Below, piece by piece: positions 44,368 through 54,423 of a stretch of DNA of 64,000 nucleotides (the stretch's first letter is position 1; each line of letters opens with the position of its first letter). The position numbers were made by a program, and so were the translations under genes. Origin of the DNA: Anthoceros angustus (Eukaryota > Plantae > Anthocerotophyta); NCBI GenBank assembly GCA_010909165.1, contig VJWM01000044.1, positions 1,922,001 through 1,986,000 of the forward strand, in the 5' to 3' direction. The notes under the pieces are model-generated. The model had not been told where the DNA came from and did not search any database. It saw nothing but the letters and a program-made list of their open reading frames with translations.

Positions 44368-46602
44368 TTAAAATTCAGATTGAATGATTGGAATTTCCTT
44401 AACTTTAAGAGGCGTACATGCTGATATGCTATCTCGCATATCTGTGGGATGAGGTGTTTGAAAAGCAAAAAGTCGTATTTGGTACCTTCTAATTTGTTTA
44501 AGCATGAGGTTGGAAAGAGGTAACCATGTAGGAACTAAGGATGTTGGCACCACAAATCCATTGAACAGGGATGTGTCACAAATTTGAAGAGACTTTTTAA
44601 TATGCACTAAAGCACGACCAGTCTCAATTGAGTTCAATGATACAGAGTTTTCTATGCATAATCGAAGTAACTCAAAATACTCTGTGGGTCCAAAGACGCC
44701 TCCGGACTGCAAGAGATATGACAAAAAAGATTAAAATATATATTTCCATAAAATAAAAATAGAATTATTGATATTACCTCCACAACTTGTCGTATATTGT
44801 TAAGTATAAATAGTTCTTTATCGCTCGGCTCCCTTTGATTCGAAAACGATATATCAATCAACTCTTCGTACCATCGATGTTTTTCTAATGCTTTTCGAAA
44901 GGTTTCACCTTTTCGAGGACTTGCAGGCCCCCATTCTGCATTCCGAGCAGATTGGGAACCCTGCCAAAATTTTCTTCAACTCTTAAATAGTTTTTAATAT
45001 TTTTATATAAAAATTAAATATTTTTTGTATTCATTTAAACCAAAAAGGTTTTGATACTTACATTCAAAGTGGAGTATCGATGCGAATAAGTATAATATCG
45101 AACTATATTCAATGATTTGAGTTCTTGGAGAAGGTGCAAATTAAGATTATTTTGTAGTGATGTTGTATCTGTTTGTCTATTTAAAATAATGCCTAGTTGT
45201 TCTAGACTGTTGTCCTCACATGCTTTAGAAGGCATGTCATTAAAAGATCTTTGAGTGATAAAACCTTGGGATAATATTTTAGCTGCTAATTTATCTCGTT
45301 CTGAGGGCCATGAATAAACCTCTGGTATATGATGCTCAATAGAAGTAGATCTGTTGTGATTTCATTTTTTTTATATCAATATTTGGATACTGAAAATATA
45401 CCTCTATATACCTTCGCAAATGCAGCACATCTATCTATGGAAAAGAGATTACCTAGTTGATGTAGGTGTTGTTGGTCCTCGAGTGCTACCTGCTTCCTTA
45501 TAACGTGCTAAGATGTTAGCGTTAGCTTCCAAGTGTTGGGCATTGCTGTAACCTGAAAGAATACTTAGACGTAATGGTGGAATGTATGGTCTGTTTCGTT
45601 TTTTGTTTTCCACTTTCATCTTTTTCTTTTCTTTTTGCATTTCTTGGGAATGTGATCTTATTCCCGTTAAAAAATATTGACCGTTCCTGCACTTAACTGG
45701 TTGTTCCACAAATATACAATTAGATTATTTTAAATATTTAATTTTATTAAAAACTTTATACAATATAAAATTTATTTTTTAGTGCTTTATGCTAGGATAG
45801 GTCTTATATTTCAAAATTTTCTTCAAAGTGTGTATAAGATTGGTGTTCACTTTATTTGTTAGCAACAACATCCTCCAAAAAAATTACTGTAGTTACCACA
45901 CATTTTTCATTCAAACGTACCGAACATTTTTAAGTCGTTCTTGAGATTTTAAGATTTCGTGATTGAGAGCATTAAATCCACTGGAAGCATGAGCGCCAAG
46001 TGCACTAAAAGGGGCACCACACCAACGCTCTCCATTCCAATAGCTTCCTTTAAATCTCATAGGTAATACTATAGCTTGTTTTGGAGGCTCTACAACATCT
46101 TCCAATTCAGGCCAAGGTTTTGTAACTTTTAGATACTCTGAAGGAGGCCTGTAAAATTGATACTTTTTTGGTAGACGTGATCGATCTCTCCTCAAATCAG
46201 GTGTGCCTATAGTGTTCAAGAAAAAGAATAATAATTATTATAATTAAGATCAAAATAGAAATAAAACAACACTTTGTAATAGCAAAATGCATTATTACCT
46301 AAGGGCCGGTATGGAGCGGCTCGTGCAGAACATAACCCTTTCTCTTTGAGCTGAGGCAGCTCTAGTTGGTGTTCAATGTTAGGTACAGACCATTCATCAT
46401 TTCGAGGTATGTAGCCATATTCATGTGCAACATATTGTACCCAAGCTTCTGTCAACAAAGGTCTTCCATCTAGACCTAATATAAGCCCATGATCTGAGGT
46501 TGAATCACTGGAACATGCATCTGCGGATAAAACTCGTTGATCCACATCGGACGCTAGTTTACTCTTTGGATTTGTATCATCTGAACCCACAACTTCTTCC
46601 AT
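44368..46602 (-). CDS. Uncharacterised ~544-aa protein, 6 exons, AT-rich
   Basis: Exons 46602-46299, 46206-45921, 45686-45453, 45350-45062, 44960-44778, 44706-44368. All five introns are GT-AG with matching phases (1,2,2,0,0); total 1635 nt with no internal stop. No family recognised. Confidence 0.75.
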
Positions 46603-46642
46603 TTTTGGAAGGTTCCTCAACGTGGTCCTGAAGGCAAGCTTT

Positions 46643-46744
46643 TCACACAAATCCAGCCATTCCAGCCCACCCACAGCCGGCGGAGCCAAAATGTGATCTA
46701 GGAAAGAGAGAAGGCGAGGTTTTGTAAGATGGAGTAGCAAACAT
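46643..46744 (-). promoter_or_regulatory. Candidate 33-aa uORF (MFATPSYKTSPSLFPRSHFGSAGCGWAGMAGFV*)
   Basis: ATG in GCCACCATG context, stopping 41 nt before the ATG proposed for the orphan gene. Confidence 0.35.
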
Positions 46745-47257
46745 GGTGGCCTCCACTTGGGACGTTTAAAGGTTTAAAGCCCAGGCTGAGAGTCGAATGA
46801 ATTTGTGTCATGTACTAACCCGAAATCCAAATCCGCTACGAGTCTACCAAATAAAAAAGTGGGCGGTTGGCACCCCATCTAGGCTGGGTCCTGGGTCCTG
46901 GGTCCTGGGTCCCGGAGCGCGGAGCTTCAACTGCCGCTTTCAGGGGTGAGGGATACTCCGTGTTCACGGTAACCACACGATCAACTCTCCGGGTCCGGTT
47001 GGTCGTCCGCCCAGAGGCTCGGAGGGTGCCTAGAATTGCGCAATCCAGGGCCAGTCCTGCAGCAAGCTCAGAAGGCAGTGCAGGCTCAAGGCCAGTTGGT
47101 GGGCGGTGCCGGAAGGGAGACGGAAGGGCAGCTGCAGAGGACTGCCCAGAAGAATGGCGTGGGACGGAGATGCGGTAGAGCATGCTGGGGCAGGGCGCAG
47201 GAGGGTGGCATGAAGGAATCGCGGGTGCGGGTTTCGGCAATTGGGCGACTGCCTCAG

Positions 47258-50200
47258 ATGAGCGAGGCGCGGCGGGAGCGGGTGCAGGTGGTGGTTCGCT
47301 GCCGCCCGCTCTCGGACAGGGAGATTGCCGACGGTCGGCAGAGCTGCGTGCACGTAGACCCCCACCGATGCACGGTGCAAGTTCGGGGTGGGCGGCCCGG
47401 GGAGCAGACCACCAAGCTCTTCACTTTCGACAGGACGTACGACCCTTCCTGCACGCAGCGCCAGCTTTACGACGATGTTGCGCACCCCATTGTGCACAGC
47501 GTCATGTGCGGATACAACGGCACGGTGCTGGCCTACGGCCAGACTGCCTCTGGCAAGACCTTCACCATGGAAGGCTTGGAGGATCCATCCGGTAAGCCTG
47601 GGTTTAGGGTTACCATGGCTGCTGCATGTGGCTGATGCATGTGGCTCATGGCGGCGGCATCGTGTGCAGAGATGCAAGGCATCATACCCAATGCGTTTGA
47701 TGACATCTTTGCACATATACAGCAGAGTCAGAGCTCAGATCACTTCCTGGTTCGGGCTTCGTATCTCGAGATCTACAATGAGGAGATTCGGGATTTGTTA
47801 GCTCCGGCAGGCACACATTCCAAGTTGGAGCTGAAGGAGAGTGCGGATGCTGGAGTGTACGTGAAGCACCTCACTTCTCTTACTGTGCACAGCGTGCCTG
47901 ACATCCGTCGCCTTCTGATGGTTTCATATCTACTCCATCCCATCTTCTCCTGGTTAGGATCTATAAGCCTTACGTACTGGAGTTAACCTAAGGGACTGGA
48001 AGAATTTGAAGATGGCAGGAAGGGAGTCAAGCACTGTAGCTCTGCAAAACGTGCAGTTAGGAGGTAGATGCATTCTTGCTGCTAGAGTGTCAGCGCACCC
48101 AGGGCCCTTTCATCTTCTCAAGGTCGAGCTTTGTTGTTGGATGGAAAGAACCTCGTTTTGTATTAGGGGATGCGGAGTGTGAGGATTGCTACCACCCTGA
48201 GTGTAGATGTTTGCATGAGACAGGCTGATAGGAAACCCACGTCACTCTGTTTCATTGGAAGTTGCTGCTTGATGACTGCAGCTTCCTTAAATCACTGTGT
48301 TCTGTTTCAGGTGGGCAAGAAAAACAGGTCGGTTGGAGCAACGTTGATGAACCAAGATTCATCTCGTTCACATTCAATATTCTCAGTCACTGTGGAGGCC
48401 AGTGCACGACCTACTTCAGATTTGGATGGAGCGATGCATATTCGTGTTGGAAAGCTGAATCTTGTAAGTCCTGCCACGTTCTTGGATTTTGCCCAGGTTT
48501 TGACCCACCTTGGATGCTGACTGTTGAGGAAACGAACCAGGTTGATCTTGCTGGGAGCGAGAGGTTGAACAAGACAGGAGCAACAGGGGAGAGGTTTAGA
48601 GAGCTGACCAATATTAATTGGTCTCTTTCAGCCTTAGGGAATGTCATTTCAGCTTTGGTGGATGGCAAAAGCTCTCATATACCTTACAGAGACTCCAAGT
48701 TAACCAGACTGCTTCAGGACTCACTTGGTGGAAACACCAGAACAGTCATGATAGCGAATATTGGCCCAGCTGACTACAACTATGAGGAGTCCATCAGTAC
48801 GTTAAGATATGCTAATCGGGCCAAGAGCATAAAGAATAAGCCCCGCATCAACGAAGATCCTAAAGATGCCATCCTTCGGGAATTTCAGGAGGAAATTGCG
48901 AGGTCTGGTCTCGTAATTCCAGTACAGCACTGGGTTTTCTGCATCACACAAGCGGACTGCTGAGTTGCTAGGTTGTTGAAGTGATGGTTGGCTCTTCAGG
49001 CATGCCTGTATAATGATGTTCTACATGCATGTATACAGGCTTAAAGCACAGTTGGAGGCAACCAGCAGTGTGGGTGACGAAGCAGCAGCTGCTCAGGCTC
49101 TCCCCGTGGAGCGTGATAGTGCTGTAAGTCCTGAGGTTCTACAGCAAATCAAGGACCAAATGCGCCGTGATATAGAACTCGAGACTTGCCTACGACAGTC
49201 CATGAGTGAACAAGCAATGGCCTGCATCAAGGCTGACCTAGAGCGTAAGGCAAGACTACTTGAACCCAGGCTTCTTGTATGCTATATGAACCTATGTCCC
49301 TTTGGTCGAGCTTTTTGGTATAGAAAGTGATTCAAATTAGTCATGAGCTAGTAATTTGCCTGATGAAATGGCTGTGCGATTGGCTTGCTCCAGAAAGTGA
49401 TATGGACGTCTCTATTGCTGTTGTATTGTATCCATTGTCCTCTGACGTGGTTTCTCTCCTCTGTCTCATCCTACTTCTATTTTCTGGCTTGCTGGTGCCG
49501 CCTCATTCTGATTGGCTCGCTTCATGTCACTATGTTGTCCAATCTTTCACTTCTCCATCACACTTTTTCTTCCCTCATCTTCCTTCATTTTTACAACTGC
49601 TTCTCCTGGGTGCTCTGAAAGACAGATGATGGCTCGCATTGGTGCAATAATCCCAGCCTTTTTGCTGAATGCTAGTCCTGGCAGAAGCATCCACACATGC
49701 CACAGATGCTCAGCAGCAGGCTCTTGCTGTGCACTGTCAAGAGCTGCTGCACAGCCTTTATTGGAACAGCAAGGTCTTGCACAGCCTGGAAAAGAGCATA
49801 CCGCTCGATTCTCAGCTGCTGCGGCCGCTTTGCAGGCTTTAGAACTGTCACTCCTATGTGAAGATGACTCCGATTTTGTCCGACAAGGCCAGGAAGCCCT
49901 AGCAACAGCTTGCCTTTGTTTCTCTAAAGCTTCTGTTGCTGCTGCCCTTCCTGGTTCCCAAGTCAGTAGGGTTGGAACTAGGGAAGAGAGAAGAGTAGAT
50001 CCTTCCACAGCCAAAATTACTGAAGATAGTGCTAGCAGAGATGAAGGTCCTGAGCAGGAGAGTCATCTTCCTGACACACTGCCCCAGCCTGTCTCTGCTT
50101 TGGTGGGACAGTTGCTTGAAGCGATGGAAGCACATGTTCAGAGGAAAACTGAGAATAACACTATGGCATATACAAGGAGGGAACCCGTGAGAGAGACTGA

Positions 50201-52715
50201 GGATACTGTTTCCCTCCCATTTTCCACGTGCAACTCCCTTCTTGCCCTGCTCTCCCCTTTCCAGTCCTCTACTTCCTCTCTTCCTCCTTTCGTTGTTGCG
50301 CAGGAGCCCGAGCTTTCAGGTCAAACTTCGCAACATTTCGCAAGCGATAAGGCAATGCATATGTATGCGCACTTATATCCCTATGCGGGTTTCTTCGTAG
50401 ACGGGGTCACAGATGCTGGCATCCAGGTTGAAACATTGAAAAGTCCCACCTCAGATAAGGAATCACAAGTTGATGGCAATCAACCGGAATACTCTTCGTC
50501 TCCTGATGCCTGCACATTTTCAGGAGATGATGAGCAGTTCAGATATAGCTCTGTGATATCGACTATGGATACCTCCTGTCCAGGGGCTTATTTCCAGCAT
50601 TCTAATGCCGTTCAGTTTGGCAACAGTGATCCTCACTTCTCAGGGTGCTTTCCCACGCAGTACGGTGCAGCGATTTCTGAGAGGGATGTACTTGAGATGT
50701 TAAGGGACATGCAGTGTGAAGGAAACTTGTCAGGAACTTCTATGCCAGGCAAATTCATTTTTGATGACGGAGATCCTTGTCTCAATTTAGATGGGTTACC
50801 CCTGGGCGACCGAAATATGTTTTTCAGACGAGCCTCTCGCATAGAAACGATGCTGAATGTCAGCCCGCTTGAGATGCGTCAGCAGTTGCATATCCACCTG
50901 CGCATGTAGCATCAGTTGTTTTTCTTTCTTGTCACATGTAAGGTGTTGAGATAGTCTGAACGTAGGGAGTTACAGGCCAAAACAGTGACAGGAGAACTTG
51001 GACAAGTTGTTGTTTAACGATCGGTTATGTCACATTCATGAATATGAAAGATTAAGATTATGTTTTACTGCTTTAACTTTTCTGCTGTTTCTGTAACACA
51101 ATTTGGCAAGTTGCATGTGCACCGGTTTTGTGAGTCGATTGTGGTTGTTGCCGTTGTTGCTGATTGATTTTCCAGTGACTTTGTCGTTCGTGTCGTCCCT
51201 TGCCAATGATGTAGAACTACCTAGCCTCCTGCACCTGATGATAATGAGGGCTTGGGGACCTATGAAGGATTGCAGGCTCAACTGGAGATAGAAGCCTTGA
51301 AAGCAGAGAAGGAAAGAACAGAAGATGAGAAGCAAAGGATATCTGAACTGCTCCAACAGCAGCACAAGGAACTGCAGTCGCACTACCAGGTAACTACATG
51401 CTTTGTGCGAAGCGAGCCTTTGATGCAAGCTAAAACATGACAGCGGAAATGAACCGAGAACACAACGCTTTCCAGGCTTTGGCCAAAGAGAAAGAGGATA
51501 GGGACCTGTTATCGATCAAGCTCAAGTCCCTAGAAGAGAAACTACTGCATGGAGAAGCCACAGACAATGCGAAGTTGATAGAGAAGGCTAGGCAACAGGA
51601 GCAGGAGCTTGCGCTTCGTGAGCAGCAGCTTCACGAGCAGCAATGCCGCGACGAAGAACGGCGGAGAAAGATAGCGGAACTAGAAGTAAGGCTTCACGTC
51701 AGAGACAATCCAGTGTCAAAAAGCAGCGTTACGGTTTTGACTGGGACGAAAGGCCTGCCTTTGTGCTGTGGCCATGCTTATCTGAACATTCAGCAGATAT
51801 GAAACTGTAGGAAGCACAGCTCATGGCTGAGGAGAAATGTAGCACTATGGAGGAGGAAGTGGAAGTCAAAACCCGGAAGCTACGGAAGCTGATGGCCCGC
51901 TACCTCCAAAGCAAGCAGGAGGTTTCAACCATCAGAACAGAATTACAAGACACGATTCATGAGTTCCAGCGAGAGAGGACAGATTTGTTTTTGTCACTGA
52001 GGTCTTTAGACCAACAGCTCCAACTGAAAACTTTCATCATCGAGGTAATCACATAATTTGCAACACCACCTCGTCCATCCCAGATTCTCTTTTGGTATCT
52101 TATTCTTTACCGCAAAACACTATACATTACTGTTACAAAATCTGAATGGCCGCAGAATTTCATCCCAGTCGACGAAGTCGAGAAGATTACCAGACGAGTA
52201 CACTGGGACGAGGAGTCGGAGTCGTGGGTTTTACAGAGCATGTTATTGTCAATGCCATCTCGGACTGGGTCAAGATCTTTCATTACGGATGGCGTCAACC
52301 TCAAGCAGCCACTGCAGCGACCCCCTTCAGCCACTGGAAGAAGCAGGCCCATTTGTCGCCAAGCTGCTGAAGCCATTTCGAAGGGCGACAGAGATCCTCG
52401 CTATCTGTAAGCCACATTTCCCTGTAGCTTTACTGATCAGCACATGTGAGACACCCGACCATGTCCTGAGACGTAAGCACTTGCTGCTACAGGGTGGACA
52501 ACATTCTGAAGTTGGAGCTAGACATGCCAGAGAGATCCACATACGACTACGACAACGCTGAAGACAGAGCAAGGGCAGAGGCTGATGCTGCCCTTGCACT
52601 TAGCGCGTTCGATGATGACGGGCCGTATTTCTCATACGAGTCCACAATACCCCCTGTTCGTCCCAAGTCCGCCCGCAGCAAGCATCATCCCCGCCCGAGA
52701 ACAGCGGCTGGATAA
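47258..52715 (+). CDS. KIF3: Kinesin-2 (KIF3/FLA10-FLA8-like, intraflagellar transport motor), multi-exon
   Basis: [106 protein letters not shown]. Kinesin-2 tail [20 protein letters not shown] and [17 protein letters not shown]. Confidence 0.93.
49626..50909 (+). CDS. Intronless 427-codon ORF inside a kinesin-2 intron (nested gene or alternative terminal exon)
   Basis: Stop-free frame 49512-50909. ATG at 49626 directly follows CAG and a pyrimidine-rich tract. Lies between kinesin exons ending ~49249/49276 and starting 51276. Confidence 0.55.
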   Translation: MMARIGAIIPAFLLNASPGRSIHTCHRCSAAGSCCALSRAAAQPLLEQQGLAQPGKEHTARFSAAAAALQALELSLLCEDDSDFVRQGQEALATACLCFSKASVAAALPGSQVSRVGTREERRVDPSTAKITEDSASRDEGPEQESHLPDTLPQPVSALVGQLLEAMEAHVQRKTENNTMAYTRREPVRETEDTVSLPFSTCNSLLALLSPFQSSTSSLPPFVVAQEPELSGQTSQHFASDKAMHMYAHLYPYAGFFVDGVTDAGIQVETLKSPTSDKESQVDGNQPEYSSSPDACTFSGDDEQFRYSSVISTMDTSCPGAYFQHSNAVQFGNSDPHFSGCFPTQYGAAISERDVLEMLRDMQCEGNLSGTSMPGKFIFDDGDPCLNLDGLPLGDRNMFFRRASRIETMLNVSPLEMRQQLHIHLRM

Positions 52716-52899
52716 CCAAACAAGTGGGCATGATTCGGTTATTTCAGAAAAAATCCTGTCCTCAAAATGTCATGGAGCGAACACGGGCATAGAGCAATAC
52801 CTAATGCCCTTTTCCCGAATGGCTAGGTCTTGATGAAGCTGCCGCGCCCCTCAGATATCCATTCTTCAGTGCGAGTCGAACTTCAGCTCATGCAGATAG

Positions 52900-53230
52900 T
52901 CACCTCTCCTAAGAGCCGTACTTCTTCCGTTCATAGATGAGAGAGGTTTTCGCAGATCCAAAATTCACAAATTTAGGAGAACCATCTCTGTCCTTCTCCT
53001 GCTGAGTACACTCCTTGCATGAGTGAGCATCCGAGATTCCCAAACCACCGCAGATGACACACCTCCCTTGGTAGGATCCGTAGTTGCACTCTTCACAAAC
53101 CCTAACCAGAATGCAAGGGCGAACACAAGAATCACAAACCACATACCTTACCACACTTCTCGCACAGTCTTCCTTTTGCGATACCAGGCTGTTTGCGGCA
53201 CATGATAAGGTCAGGATGATGCTTCGCCAT
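52900..53230 (-). pseudogene. PHF5A: PHF5A/RDS3 (SF3b14b) pseudogene, intronless
   Basis: [26 protein letters not shown], then a frameshift, then [54 protein letters not shown]. Cys>Ser in DGCPK and a premature TAG at 52909. Confidence 0.9.
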
Positions 53231-53344
53231 CTAATACAACCTCCCCTCGCCCCTTCTTCACCGACCTACGCATGGAAAGAACAACGAAGTATAACAGACC
53301 GCAAAACCCTAAATGCCAGAAATCACAGGAAACAGCAAGCAAAA

Positions 53345-54135
53345 ATATATGCTGCATGGTCTGTCCCAAAGAGTCATCGCGGCGACGCCGCACTCCAGGG
53401 CAATGGAATATGCTGCACTTCAACTCGGAGGCATACAGAAACCCTAAAGTCCCAGAATGCCATCAACAAGCAAGCTTCAATGTATGACGTTCATGCTGAG
53501 CTTTACGGCACAAACAGCCGCCTCGATGCATGGAGGTGACATCTGCCAAGAGTGTCATCCTTCGTCAATCACGAATATCTAGCCTAACGGCTGAAAAAAG
53601 GTTAGACTAAAGATACAAATGCATGCAAATGTAGACAAATGTATGCTGCATGGTCATTCCCAAAGAGTCACGGCAGCGACGCTGCGCCCCAGGGCAATGG
53701 AATATGCGGCATCAGGGTTCGGAGGCATACAAGGATCGTGAACTTCCCGAAAGCCATCAACAAACAGACTCTATTTCTGACGTTCATGCTGAGCTTTACG
53801 GCACAAACTGCCGCCTCGATGCATGGAGGTGACATCTGCCAGGAGTGCCATCCTCCGTCAATCACGAACATCGAAACCTAACCGCTGGAATGACAATCAA
53901 AGAAACATGTTTGCCGCATGGTCATTCCCAAAGAGTCATGGCAGCGACGCTGCCCTCCAGGGCAATGGAATATGCCGCAACTGGGTTCGGAGGCATACGA
54001 GGAGCGTGAACTCCTCAAATGCCATCAACAAACAGACTCTGTTTCTGACGTTCATGCTGAGCTTTACGGCACAAACAGCCGCCTCGATGCATGAAGGTGA
54101 CATCTGCCAGGAGTGCCATCCCCCGTCAATCGTGA
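53345..54135. repeat. Diverged tandem repeat, ~270-295-bp period, 3 copies
   Basis: Recurring ccaaagagtca.ggc.gcgacgc...cagggcaatggaatatgc and gacgttcatgctgagctttacggcacaaac.gccgcctcgatgcatg blocks at ~53350, 53640 and 53910. Confidence 0.9.
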
Positions 54136-54423
54136 CACCACAGACAAGCAGGCAAGGGAGACATTTACCTCAATCCGATCGCAACACCAACTCACAGAGA
54201 GAACGGGAGACAGCATGCTCAAGATGGTGGAGCTCGAGCGGATTATGTAGTGTCCAGCAGCATACCCTAACCCTAATTTGGCAGATGACAGAACCTCGAG
54301 TCCCTGCACTGCATGTTATCACATGGCAAGAGACGTGTATGTATATATACGTACACAGTAGGAAGGAGGGATAACAATGTGGCGTCGGCAGGAATTGCAA
54401 ATGCAAAGGTGAGTGTGCCGAGT

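Noticed and set aside
47030-47801. Long ORFs antisense or out of frame over kinesin exon 1 (likewise 54313-54937, 56924-57874 and 58833-59726 over ABCB)
   Set aside because: Shadow ORFs typical of GC-rich coding DNA; the sense frames are fully explained by known proteins.
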